NCBI GenBank assembly: GCA_045545575.1
Contig: JAZQBE010000028.1
Location: 4,618-68,617 of the forward strand
Direction: 5' to 3'
From: Shuttleworthella sp.
Lineage (GTDB): Bacteria > Bacillota > Clostridia > Lachnospirales > Lachnospiraceae
DNA length: 64,000 bases
In this document: in pieces, positions 1 to 8,972 of the stretch
Layout of the letters: every line of letters begins with the position of its first letter
Position numbering within the stretch: the first letter of the stretch is position 1
Position numbers and translations under genes: made by a program
Notes under the pieces: generated by a model
The model's database searches: none
Told to the model about the DNA's origin: nothing
Seen by the model: only the letters and a program-made list of their open reading frames with translations

Positions 1-250
1 CAGTCACCTGATTCGGTTCCTGCACTTCCACCGGAAGTGCACCCAGTCCCGGCTGAATTGTCACCGGAAACGCACTTCCGGAAGCCGCCGCGCCGGCGGC
101 TGCCTGGGCGTCGTCTGCATTCACAGCGGTGCCTGCGCCGCATCCGCAAAGGGTGACCGCCGCAAGCAGACCGGCCAGGGAAACCGCCGGGATTGCCTTT
201 GATCTGGTGCGTGCTTTCACTGTATTTGAGATATTCTTTCCTCTGATCAT
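1..250 (-). CDS. Lipoprotein, N-terminal ~83 codons only (the CDS runs off the left edge of the window)
   Basis: Reverse-strand ATG at 248-250 with AAGGAGG at 259-265. The N-terminus MIRGKNISNTVKARTRSKAIPAVSLAGLLAAVTLCGCGAG has a basic n-region, a hydrophobic core and a lipobox Cys. It is absent from the ORF track because it is edge-truncated. Confidence 0.6.
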   Translation of the reverse strand, partial: MIRGKNISNTVKARTRSKAIPAVSLAGLLAAVTLCGCGAGTAVNADDAQAAAGAAASGSAFPVTIQPGLGALPVEVQEPNQVT

Positions 251-622
251 CTGATTTTCCTCCTTATACATGCATCGATGGTTTTATTCAGAAGTTGCTG
301 CTTCTAAACAAGTACTCGCATTTTTCCGCTGCAGATTACGGACGGCATGGGGATTACTGTCACGGAACAGGTCGCCGACAGATAATCCGTCATAAGGGCC
401 TACAGGTCTTTTCTTTTTATACCAATGGATTCCCCGTAACAATACTATATAACACAAAGGTATATAATACAAAATGAAAAGCAAAAAATGATCTTTGAAA
501 CACCCGTACTCTCACTTAGGAATTATAAATCTCTGTCACAAACTGTATCTCTTTTTCGTTATGATAAGCAGAGACGTCTCAATCACAGCTTTTAACAGCC
601 ATCTGCATCAGGAGGAACCAAC

Positions 623-1141
623 GTGCCGCATAAGGACGCTACAGACAGCATCGTCCGCTGTTATCAACTGTATAAGCAAAAAATGTATCATATTGCTTTT
701 TCCATTCTAAATGACCCATTTCAGGCCGAAGATGCCGTCATGGACGCATTGGAAAAACTTCTGAAGCAGGGAAAAGGCATTCCTGATCCGGACGCTGCGT
801 CTGCGAAACACCTCATCATCAAGGTGACCCGTTCCGCTGCCATCGATATCTACCGGAAAAACCGGAGGCGGGCTGAAAATGAATATCTGGCCGCAGACGA
901 ACCGATGGCTGCCGAAACGGTGGACGAATCTGCCGATCCGGCACTGATTAATGATGAGATGCCCTCCGTCCTGCTTCATCTTCCGCCAAAATATCAGGAG
1001 ATCCTGTATCTGAAATATGTGCGGGAATCATCCACGCAGGAAATCGCACAGGCAACAGGCCTGTCGGAAGCTGCCGTTCGAAAGCGCCTGCAGCGTGGTC
1101 TGGAAATGATCCGCGGAGGGCGTTTCACCGGAATCGAGTAA
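623..1141 (+). CDS. Sigma-70 family (ECF-type) RNA polymerase sigma factor
   Basis: GTG start 7 nt after AGGAGG (610-615). Region-2-like 'YHIAFSILNDPFQAEDAVMDALEKL' and region-4 HTH 'LPPKYQEILYLKYVRESSTQEIAQATGLSEAAVRKRLQRG'. Confidence 0.85.
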   Translation: MPHKDATDSIVRCYQLYKQKMYHIAFSILNDPFQAEDAVMDALEKLLKQGKGIPDPDAASAKHLIIKVTRSAAIDIYRKNRRRAENEYLAADEPMAAETVDESADPALINDEMPSVLLHLPPKYQEILYLKYVRESSTQEIAQATGLSEAAVRKRLQRGLEMIRGGRFTGIE

Positions 1142-1159
1142 GAAAAGGAGAACTATTCA

Positions 1160-2890
1160 ATGGGACAGAATTCACATGATCTACATCCACTTCCCCCTGC
1201 TCTTTCTCTGGAGGAATTTGACGCGATTTCCGAAAACCACACGTTTTCCGATGACTTCCTGCGGCGTGAAGCAGCCCTGCTGCGCCGTTATCAGCGCAAA
1301 ACAAAAGCAAGTTCCCGCCGTCTGCTGCGTTCAGCCGCTGCGGTTAGCCTGGTGATCCTGCTGGGCGCGGGCACCGCATACGCCGGCGTGCAGATCTATC
1401 GTCTGCGCACGGAACAGAAAGCACCTTATGCCATAGAAGTGATCCCCGAGGGGGAAACCTCCGATGCATCCGCTGACAGGGAGACTGCCGATCCGGCCCT
1501 CGCCGCAGAGGGATCCGCCGATTCTGCGATCCGGACAGAAGGATTCGGTTCCAATGTCATCACCATCCCGATCGTAAAAACCTCTGTGGGATACCTGCCG
1601 GAAGGGATGGTTCCCCCCAGCGAGACGACCAACATGTTTTTCACAAAGATGGAAGCGGACGGTGTCACGGTGGACTGGTCTCTGAAAGGAAAACTGATCT
1701 CCACCATCATGGACACGGATGATCCGACGCTGGCCACAAACGTTGTCGAACAGCGCACGGTCATCGTCAATGACCGCGAGTCCCTTCTGATCGTTGAAGC
1801 ACCCACTCTGGTCGGACCGGGGGAGGAAAGCGTCAGTCTGCAGATACCGTTTCCGGAAGTTCTGCGTATCATCACCATCCGGCTGACCAGCACCGGCGGC
1901 GCGATGGATACGGAAACGCTGATCGAGGAAGTACAGAAAACCGGTGCATCCGTAACCCTGACACCTACCGGTGAAGAGCAAACCTTTACCGGCCCGGATC
2001 TCCGGGGCTCAATGATCATGGACGCCGACTGGGATGAAGGTTTTATTATGGAGACCCGTCGCAGCGACGAGATCGCCCTGCAGCGGCGGGCGCAGGAAAT
2101 GAAAGATGCAGAAATCGCTGCCCGCCAGGCCGAAGACGAAGATCTGACCTTTGACGCCGCAGACATGGCCAATCTGCGCCAGGTGGGTGAAGCCATTGAC
2201 CTCAGCACATTCTGGAACGCCTCAACCTTCGGTTCCTCTCAGATGCCCCTTGAGGCCACGGTCACGGATGTTCAGATATTAGATAATCTGTCCGTCCTGC
2301 AGCCGGAGGGCGTACTGAATGAAAAAAGCTGGTATGAACTGACGGATGCCGAGGGAAACCTGACGGCGGACACGCTGCAGTACATCAAGGCAGGCGACGG
2401 TATGGAAAGCATCGATACCACTGTAGCCGAAACCCCGATTCCGGTCCGCCTGCTGTATGTCACAGTGGAGTACAAAAACACCGGCGATCAGGCTCTGAAA
2501 GATGTGTGCTTTATGCATGAACTGCGTCTTCTGGAACGGGGCGATGACCGCTGGATATGGCGGGAACTGAATGATTATCTGAAGCTGTACGTCGATCCGG
2601 CTGTTACTGATGCCTATGACTACGTGACGGCACGGATCCTGTCCCACACGCTGCTCAGTGACTACTACGATGTCTCCGGCGTAAGCATGACGCCAACCAT
2701 GAAAAATCACATCCCGGTTATTGAGGCAGGCGAAACGCGAACCGTCCACTGTGCATGTCTCATCACGGAAAATATGCAGGATGACCTGTATCTGGATCTG
2801 ACTTCAATGTTCAGAGGACCCGGAACGGAAACCGGCCGGAATCTTTTCTGGGGTGCAGCAAAAGATGTAGGACTGGTGGAACTGCGGTAA
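1160..2890 (+). CDS. Putative membrane anti-sigma factor with a large (~500 aa) extracytoplasmic region
   Basis: Starts 19 nt after the sigma gene behind AAAGGAG. It has a short cytoplasmic N-terminus and a single TM segment 'LLRSAAAVSLVILLGAGTAYAGV'. The external part includes 'VGYLPEGM' (DUF4367-like) and a beta-rich C-terminal segment 'LLYVTVEYKNTGDQALKD'. The function is inferred from the gene pairing. Confidence 0.6.
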   Translation: MGQNSHDLHPLPPALSLEEFDAISENHTFSDDFLRREAALLRRYQRKTKASSRRLLRSAAAVSLVILLGAGTAYAGVQIYRLRTEQKAPYAIEVIPEGETSDASADRETADPALAAEGSADSAIRTEGFGSNVITIPIVKTSVGYLPEGMVPPSETTNMFFTKMEADGVTVDWSLKGKLISTIMDTDDPTLATNVVEQRTVIVNDRESLLIVEAPTLVGPGEESVSLQIPFPEVLRIITIRLTSTGGAMDTETLIEEVQKTGASVTLTPTGEEQTFTGPDLRGSMIMDADWDEGFIMETRRSDEIALQRRAQEMKDAEIAARQAEDEDLTFDAADMANLRQVGEAIDLSTFWNASTFGSSQMPLEATVTDVQILDNLSVLQPEGVLNEKSWYELTDAEGNLTADTLQYIKAGDGMESIDTTVAETPIPVRLLYVTVEYKNTGDQALKDVCFMHELRLLERGDDRWIWRELNDYLKLYVDPAVTDAYDYVTARILSHTLLSDYYDVSGVSMTPTMKNHIPVIEAGETRTVHCACLITENMQDDLYLDLTSMFRGPGTETGRNLFWGAAKDVGLVELR

Positions 2891-2917
2891 AGCTTGATAG
2901 GCCTTATTTCGCGACAA

Positions 2918-2966
2918 AGGCTGGTGCATGGAGTGCTTGCTCCGTGTACCAGCCTCTGTTATTTTA
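2918..2966 (+). terminator. Intrinsic terminator after the anti-sigma gene
   Basis: 16-bp stem AGGCTGGTGCATGGAG / CTCCGTGTACCAGCCT (two G-U pairs), loop TGCTTG, followed by CTGTTATTTTA. Confidence 0.6.
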
Positions 2967-2992
2967 TCGATAACGCCTTCGAATGCACCTGC

Positions 2993-3406
2993 CTACTTGT
3001 CAGCTCTCCTGTAGTCATATGCATCCTTGCGGACATCCAGTCTGATATTGTTAATCACCACAATATAATCGGATTCCCATTCTACCGTTGCATCTTCGAT
3101 CCGATATTGCCAGTAAATGTTCCTTTCTTTGTCTGTGCTGACTTCTCTGGCTGTGCAAAGCACCGCGTAGCCTGTCGTTGCACCTCCGTTGTTTCGGTAA
3201 ACCGAAAGTTCATATTCGCCGGTCGGTGATGTCGAGGACGAAATCAGTTCTTCACCTTTGATCCTGTTGATATCAAAAAACAGATAGTGAACCATAAAAA
3301 TACCGACAATCAGCAGCACTGCAGCCAGAATAATTACGGCGAAGATATTGAAATACGCCCGCTTTTTTCTGTGATTCTGATTCGGGTCATGTACAGCATT
3401 TCCCAT
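2993..3406 (-). CDS. Small N-terminally membrane-anchored protein (possibly DUF5412-like)
   Basis: ATG at 3406 behind AGGAGGTATAC, 18 nt downstream of the uvrB stop. TM segment 'FNIFAVIILAAVLLIVGIFMVHYLFF' followed by a ~90-aa soluble part. The gene is visibly AT-richer than its neighbours. The family assignment is from memory only. Confidence 0.6.
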   Translation of the reverse strand: MGNAVHDPNQNHRKKRAYFNIFAVIILAAVLLIVGIFMVHYLFFDINRIKGEELISSSTSPTGEYELSVYRNNGGATTGYAVLCTAREVSTDKERNIYWQYRIEDATVEWESDYIVVINNIRLDVRKDAYDYRRADK

Positions 3407-3424
3407 AGTATACCTCCTTCTGCC

Positions 3425-5419
3425 CTATTTCATATCCTCCAGCATTTTTTTCATCTCGATCAGACGATCGCGGTATTCCGCTGCCGCTTCGAAGTTTAAG
3501 TCCCCTGCCGCGCGGTCCATGCGCCTTTTGACTTTTTCGATTTCCGCCTTCAGTTCCTTTTCGGTCATGCCTTCCACATCCTTCGTAAAGGATGCTTCCT
3601 CGGCCGCCAGTTCCTTGGAGATGCGGATGGCGTCCTGCACCGCCTTTTTGATGGTCTGGGGTGTAATGCCGTTGGCTTCGTTGTATTCCTGCTGAATTTT
3701 CCGCCGGCGCTCCGTTTCGTCGATGGCGGCGCGCATGGAATCCGTGATGGTATCCGCATACATAATGACGTGGCCTTCGGCATTTCGGGCCGCCCGGCCG
3801 ATGGTCTGGATCAGCGAGGTCTCCGACCGCAGGAAGCCTTCCTTGTCCGCATCCAGAATGGCCACCAGAGAGATTTCCGGAATATCCAGACCTTCCCGCA
3901 GCAGGTTGATGCCGACCAATACGTCAAACACGCCCAGGCGCAGATCCCGGATGATTTCCGCCCGCTCTAAGGTGTCGATGTCGGAGTGCAGATACTTCAC
4001 GCGGATGCCCAGTTCCTGCATGTAGTCCGTCAGATCCTCGGCCATCCGCTTGGTCAGCGTGGTGATCAGCACCTTGCTGCCCTTGTCGGTCTCCTTTCGG
4101 ATTTCGCCGATCAGATCGTCGATCTGCCCTTCCACCGGCCGCACGTCGATGGCCGGATCCAGCAGGCCCGTGGGGCGGATGATCTGCTCGGCCCGGGCCA
4201 GTTCGTGCATTTCTTCATACTCTCCCGGTGTTGCGGAGCAGAACAGCATCTGGTCGATTTTGTCCTCAAATTCGCCGAAGTTTAAGGGCCGGTTGTCCAG
4301 GGCGGAGGGCAGGCGGAAGCCGTAGTCCACCAGCACCTTTTTGCGCGCCTGGTCGCCGTTGTACATGCCCCGGATCTGGGGGATGGTGATGTGGCTTTCG
4401 TCCACGATGATCAGAAAGTCGTTGCCGAAATAGTCCACCAGGCACTTCGGCGCCTCGCCGGGCAGCGCGCCGGTGAGATGGCGGGAATAGTTTTCAATGC
4501 CGCTGCAGAAACCGGTTTCCCGAAGCATTTCAATGTCGAAATTGGTGCGCTCGGAAATCCGCTGGGCCTCTAAGAGCTTGTCCTCCCCGCGGAAATAGCG
4601 GATCCGCTCGTCCAGCTCCGCCGCGATCGTTTCGCAGGCGCGGTCCAGCTTCGCCTTCGGCACCACGTAGTGGGACGCCGGAAAAATGGCCACGTGCTCC
4701 ATCTGCCGCTTCGGTGTCTGGGACAGCACGTCCATCTGGGTGATCCGGTCGATCTCGTCCCCGAAAAACTCCACCCGGTAGGAATAATCCGGCACGTTGG
4801 CCGGGAAGATATCCAGCACGTCGCCCCGCACGCGGAAGGTGCCTCGGGTGAAATCCATGTCGTTGCGCACGTACTGCATGGCGATCAGCTCTTTGATCAC
4901 GTCGTCCCGGTCCTTGCGGTCGCCGGGGCGCAGGGAGATCATCAGGTTCTCGTAGTCCTCCGGCGAGCCGATGCCGTAGATGCAGGACACGGAAGCCACG
5001 ATGATCACGTCCCGCCGCTCCGCCATGGACGCCGTGGCGGACAGGCGCAGCCGGTCGATCTCGTCGTTGATGGACGAATCCTTGGCGATGTAGGTGTCCG
5101 TCTGGGGCACATAGGCCTCGGGCTGGTAATAGTCGTAATACGTCACAAAATACTCCACGGCGTTTTCCGGCAAAAACTCCTTGAACTCGCCGTAGAGCTG
5201 GCCCGCTAAGGTCTTGTTGTGGGAAATCACCAGGGTGGGCTTGTTTAAGGCCGCGATGATATTGGCCATGGTAAAGGTTTTGCCGCTGCCGGTAACGCCC
5301 TTTAGAGTCTGAAACTGGTTGCCCTCTTTAAAACCCGCCACCAGGGCATCGATGGCCTGGGGCTGATCTCCCGTAGGGGCATACGGGGAGTGTAGTTTAA
5401 AGATCGATTCTGTCATCAT
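3425..5419 (-). CDS. uvrB: Excinuclease ABC subunit B
   Basis: Walker A '[12 protein letters not shown]', '[12 protein letters not shown]', 'QTIGRAARN' and the C-terminal UVR motif '[11 protein letters not shown]'. The start is placed at ATGATG (5414-5419) behind AAAGGA. The ORF track extends in frame to 5440. Confidence 0.95.
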   Translation of the reverse strand: MMTESIFKLHSPYAPTGDQPQAIDALVAGFKEGNQFQTLKGVTGSGKTFTMANIIAALNKPTLVISHNKTLAGQLYGEFKEFLPENAVEYFVTYYDYYQPEAYVPQTDTYIAKDSSINDEIDRLRLSATASMAERRDVIIVASVSCIYGIGSPEDYENLMISLRPGDRKDRDDVIKELIAMQYVRNDMDFTRGTFRVRGDVLDIFPANVPDYSYRVEFFGDEIDRITQMDVLSQTPKRQMEHVAIFPASHYVVPKAKLDRACETIAAELDERIRYFRGEDKLLEAQRISERTNFDIEMLRETGFCSGIENYSRHLTGALPGEAPKCLVDYFGNDFLIIVDESHITIPQIRGMYNGDQARKKVLVDYGFRLPSALDNRPLNFGEFEDKIDQMLFCSATPGEYEEMHELARAEQIIRPTGLLDPAIDVRPVEGQIDDLIGEIRKETDKGSKVLITTLTKRMAEDLTDYMQELGIRVKYLHSDIDTLERAEIIRDLRLGVFDVLVGINLLREGLDIPEISLVAILDADKEGFLRSETSLIQTIGRAARNAEGHVIMYADTITDSMRAAIDETERRRKIQQEYNEANGITPQTIKKAVQDAIRISKELAAEEASFTKDVEGMTEKELKAEIEKVKRRMDRAAGDLNFEAAAEYRDRLIEMKKMLEDMK

Positions 5420-5669
5420 AGTGTCCTTTGCATGATGCAATAATTACATTTTGCCCATCATATCGATACACAATCCTGTTTGCTGCATCAATTCTTCGTG
5501 ACCACCATCCGCTGAGATCTCCCCTGAGTGGCTCCGGTTTTGCAATTCCCTCATACGGGTTTCTCTGTACATCCTTTAATACCAGATTGATCCGTTTGAG
5601 GGTTTTTCGGTCCTCGCTCAGCCACTGCAAATACTCAGCCCATGCTCTGTCATCCCATAAAAGTCCCAT
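5397..5669 (-). CDS. yoeB: YoeB/Txe-family type II toxin (ribosome-dependent mRNA interferase)
   Basis: Alignable by eye over its whole length with E. coli YoeB: 'W..AW.EYL.W...D....KRIN.LLKD..R.P.EG..KPEPL...LSGWWSRRI...NRIVY' and C-terminal 'CKGHY'. It starts 3 nt after the antitoxin stop. Confidence 0.85.
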   Translation of the reverse strand: MGLLWDDRAWAEYLQWLSEDRKTLKRINLVLKDVQRNPYEGIAKPEPLRGDLSGWWSRRIDAANRIVYRYDGQNVIIASCKGHYDDRIDL

Positions 5670-5672
5670 AGA

Positions 5673-5933
5673 TCAGTCCTCAATCAGAGAATGCTCCTTT
5701 AACACCGATTTCCCGTTGTCGATCTCCGAAGTCACTTCCTTAAGCCAGGAAAGATTACTTTCAGAGTAAAACGGATCCAGGGAAACCTCAAATGGAATCC
5801 GCCGTTCTCTCGTCATTTTAACTGCAAACATCGTAAACGCTGTCGTCATGTTCATTCCCAGTTCTTTGCAAAGAGCATCCATATTGTTTTTCAGTTCTGT
5901 ATCCATACGGAAATTCACCATTGACTGTGCCAT
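5673..5933 (-). CDS. RelB/DinJ-type ribbon-helix-helix antitoxin (86 aa)
   Basis: ATG at 5933 behind AAGGAGG (5942-5948). The N-terminus 'MVNFRMDTELKNNMDALCKELGMNMTTAFTMFAVKMTRERRIPFE' matches the DinJ/RelB RHH pattern. The longer 121-aa ORF in the track has no RBS. Confidence 0.8.
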   Translation of the reverse strand: MAQSMVNFRMDTELKNNMDALCKELGMNMTTAFTMFAVKMTRERRIPFEVSLDPFYSESNLSWLKEVTSEIDNGKSVLKEHSLIED

Positions 5934-5954
5934 ATCGTTCACCTCCTTACATAC

Positions 5955-5983
5955 AAAGTAAATCATTTGACTTGCGTTGTCAA
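5955..5983 (-). promoter_or_regulatory. Putative toxin-antitoxin promoter with overlapping operator-like inverted repeat
   Basis: On the reverse strand, TTGACA (5978-5983), a 17-nt spacer and TACTTT (5955-5960). An inverted repeat TTGAC-N7-GTCAA spans 5967-5983. Confidence 0.4.
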
Positions 5984-5986
5984 TAC

Positions 5987-6028
5987 AAAAAAGACACAAG
6001 AACAAAGCGTTGCCCTGTCCCTGTGTCC
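5987..6028 (-). terminator. Terminator after the solute-binding protein gene
   Basis: Reverse strand: GGACACAGG ... CTTGTGTCT stem (two G-U pairs) followed by TTTTTT. Confidence 0.45.
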
Positions 6029-6047
6029 TTTTTATCATTTGGTTTCG

Positions 6048-8012
6048 CTAGTTTCCCAGCACTTCGTTGATGTAGTCTACGTATTTCTCCGGCTGCTGCG
6101 CACCGACTTCGTCGCACCACTTCTGCCAGTCGGCGTCGTTTTCGATGTCCAGATCCCCTTTGATGAACTGGGGCAGCCAGACGGCCGTGGCGGTCAGCAG
6201 ATTGCTGTTCATCAGGGATGTAAACTCATTCTGTTCCTCATTCAGCTGCCCGGTCACCAGTCCGGGAATCGTGCCGGTGTTGGCGTACCGGTTCCACTCG
6301 TCCTGCGCGTGCTGCAGCACGTCGGTGTAACCCATGTCGACGTGATCGTTGATGTTTATGCCGCAGGCGATCCGGCCGCAGGCCGCCGCAGACTGCAGGC
6401 CGTCGGTCAGCTCGATGGCGGGATTCTTCAGAATCCACTTCTCGCCGTCGCGCTCCTCGAAGTCGTAGGCGCCGTCCTGCAGACCGTATTCGTTATAAAA
6501 CGCGTTCTGCAGCTGCGCCTGCTCATCTTTGGAGAAGCCTTTGCTGTGAAGCAGGCCGCCCTCTTCGGTGTAGAAATCATCCAGGAAGGTCAGAAGCGTG
6601 GCGATGTCCTTGCCTTCCAGCTTGTTCGTCAGCGCCATGCCGTTCTGCACCATGTTCGCGGTGGTGAAGTAGGTGTCCGGCAGTTTCATCTGCTCGTCTG
6701 CGCTGCCGTAGATATCGTTCACGGGATACGCTGCGCCGTAGACACAGATGCCTTCCGTCGCGGCGTTTTCCGCGCTCTCCAGCAGGCTGCCGACCGCCGA
6801 CTGCTGCCCGTACCAGCAGCCCACCTTGCCGGCGTAAACCGACGGGATGTCCACCTTCCAGAACAGGGCGTCCGAGGTTTTTTCGTCAAAGGTCCGATCG
6901 ATCCAGCCGTTTTTATACCAGGTTGCAAGACAGGTTAAAAATGCCCGCTGATGCTCGGAGGTGTAGCCGTTTCTGCAGACGCCGTCCTCGTCGAGATAGA
7001 ACGATCCGCAGCCGCCGCCGAAGCCGGACTCCAGCATGCCGTTGCCGTTGCTGCCCCGGTAGGGAAGCTGCATCGCGTAGCCGTCCGTAATACCTTCTTT
7101 CTCCAGTGCTTCGGCAAAGATGTCCAGCATCCACTCCCAGTCAGAGATGAAAATGGGATCGCCGCCTTCCCAGTCCGGGTCGATGTTCTTCTGCACAAAG
7201 GCGCGCAGATCGTCGTCATAGTAACTCGGGAACACCACGTCGTCTTCCCAGCTGTCCTTCGCGTCGTTCGTGTACTTTCCGCTGAAGGCCGCGCCGGTGG
7301 ACGGGTTCTTTCCGTATTTGACAATCCAGTCTCTGCGGTACAGATAGCCGCCCCAGAAATCCTCCGGCACGTCGCACACGATGTACAGCTGCAGCATCTT
7401 GCGTCCGTCGCTCGTGTTCACGTACATCTGCGAGGCCAGATCCGGATGGCTGTCCAGCCAGGCCGAATAATTCGGCATATACTTCAGATACTGTCCGACG
7501 TCGAGGAGCACACCGTCCTCGTAGAGCGCCGCGGGGGAATCCGCACAGTAGGATACCGGGATCAGATCCTGGTATTCCCCGGTGGCGATCAGCGTGTTCA
7601 TGGCATCCTGCTGGGAGCCGTCCGGCAGCGCGTCCACTTTGAGCGTAATCTCCTTGCCGTTCCATTCCTTTTCAAGAAGATAGCTTAAGGTCGGGTTGTC
7701 CAGATAATCCGCATAGAAGAACGACGGTTCCGTGTTGCCGATCAGGATGTTGTAGGACGCCGGCAGTCCGGCGAACTCGTCCGGCTCTTCCTCCGGTTCC
7801 GGTGCGGTCTCCGATTCACTCTGTGCCTGCTCTTCCCCGGCGTCTTGCGTGACGGTTTCCGGCTCCTGCTGTTCGTCCTGCTCCGCGGCGGGCACGTTTT
7901 CTTCCACGGCCGTTTCAGGCTCGTTTGTTCCGCCGGAAGCGCCGCAGCCGGCCAGGAGGCCGACAGCCGTCATCACAGCCAGAATCAGTGCTGCTGTTTT
8001 CTTTCCCCTCAT
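6048..8012 (-). CDS. Extracellular solute-binding lipoprotein (ABC carbohydrate-uptake type), 654 aa
   Basis: RBS GAGGAGG. Signal peptide and lipobox 'ALILAVMTAVGLLAGCGASGG', an acidic linker, then a large SBP-like body typical of family-1 oligosaccharide binders. Confidence 0.8.
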   Translation of the reverse strand: MRGKKTAALILAVMTAVGLLAGCGASGGTNEPETAVEENVPAAEQDEQQEPETVTQDAGEEQAQSESETAPEPEEEPDEFAGLPASYNILIGNTEPSFFYADYLDNPTLSYLLEKEWNGKEITLKVDALPDGSQQDAMNTLIATGEYQDLIPVSYCADSPAALYEDGVLLDVGQYLKYMPNYSAWLDSHPDLASQMYVNTSDGRKMLQLYIVCDVPEDFWGGYLYRRDWIVKYGKNPSTGAAFSGKYTNDAKDSWEDDVVFPSYYDDDLRAFVQKNIDPDWEGGDPIFISDWEWMLDIFAEALEKEGITDGYAMQLPYRGSNGNGMLESGFGGGCGSFYLDEDGVCRNGYTSEHQRAFLTCLATWYKNGWIDRTFDEKTSDALFWKVDIPSVYAGKVGCWYGQQSAVGSLLESAENAATEGICVYGAAYPVNDIYGSADEQMKLPDTYFTTANMVQNGMALTNKLEGKDIATLLTFLDDFYTEEGGLLHSKGFSKDEQAQLQNAFYNEYGLQDGAYDFEERDGEKWILKNPAIELTDGLQSAAACGRIACGININDHVDMGYTDVLQHAQDEWNRYANTGTIPGLVTGQLNEEQNEFTSLMNSNLLTATAVWLPQFIKGDLDIENDADWQKWCDEVGAQQPEKYVDYINEVLGN

Positions 8013-8201
8013 CTTTCGTTCCTCCTCAGATTCTGACGTTCCCCTTCCGGTGCCGGTCGATTCTGGTCCGGCGGAAGGATCTTTGTTTTTGTCTTACACC
8101 CTGAGGATACGCTCTTTTCACGGGTGGTTTTGCGTTTTTGGGATCGAATTGTTCAATATCGTATGCTTTCTGAAGTTTTTGTGCGAATTCATCCGATTTC
8201 G

Positions 8202-8972
8202 TCAATGCATCCAGGGTTTTTCTTTATTGACATACTTCAGGCCCTGCGCGCGGTAGGCCGAAGGCGTCACGCCAAACGCCCGGGTAAAGACCCGCGTAAA
8301 CTGGCTCTGGGAGGAATACCCCGCATTCTCGGCGATCAGCGACATGGGCATATCCGTCATGCGGACCATGCGCTCCGCGTCCTCCATCTTCGTTCGCATG
8401 ATGGCGGTTTTGAGATCCTCCCCGGTTTCCCGCCGATATTTGCGCGCCAGCACCTGCGGGTTGATCTCCAGAGCCTCCGCGATCGACGCAATGGTCATCG
8501 GCTCGTGGCTGTGAAACAGGATGTACTCCCGGCACCGGGTAATCACCACGTCCCCGGTCCAGTCCTGACGGATGGACCGGATGCGCTGAATGGCATCCGC
8601 CGCAATCATCCGCAGCTGTTCATAGAGTCCGTCCAGCGTATTCTCCCGCCGGATCGCGCTGATATGCATTTCCTGCAGCATCCGCGTCATCTCCCAGGCG
8701 ACCCCCTGCGCCGCCATGCGGTCCGATACGTAGGCCGAAACGGACGCCGCGCGAAACCGTGCACTTTCCAGTTTCTCACCCGGATCCTGAAACGTCTCGC
8801 TCCAGGTCAGGTCCGGAAGCGATGCCTGCGCCGCGTCGAGATCCAGACGCTCAATCGCGTCCAGATAGGCGCCGACGCTTCGGACGTACCGCTGCCGGCT
8901 TTCCTCGTCGCGGTCGTACTCTTCCGCGGCGTCTGCCAGCATCTTTTCGGAAAATGTAACCCTCTGTTTCAT
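8202..8972 (-). CDS. AraC-family transcriptional regulator
   Basis: C-terminal double HTH 'IASIAEALEINPQVLARKYRRETGEDL...SLIAENAGYSSQSQFTRVFTRAFGVTPSAYR'. ATGA start/stop overlap with the upstream GH78 gene. Confidence 0.85.
   Translation of the reverse strand: MKQRVTFSEKMLADAAEEYDRDEESRQRYVRSVGAYLDAIERLDLDAAQASLPDLTWSETFQDPGEKLESARFRAASVSAYVSDRMAAQGVAWEMTRMLQEMHISAIRRENTLDGLYEQLRMIAADAIQRIRSIRQDWTGDVVITRCREYILFHSHEPMTIASIAEALEINPQVLARKYRRETGEDLKTAIMRTKMEDAERMVRMTDMPMSLIAENAGYSSQSQFTRVFTRAFGVTPSAYRAQGLKYVNKEKPWMH

Noticed and set aside
6000-6012. A possible LexA (Cheo) box upstream of the TA-uvrB unit: GAACAAAGCGTTG.
   Set aside because: It does not fit GAAC-N4-GTTC (wrong spacing and second half-site). 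It lies in the loop of the solute-binding protein gene's terminator. No better candidate exists in 5397-6047.
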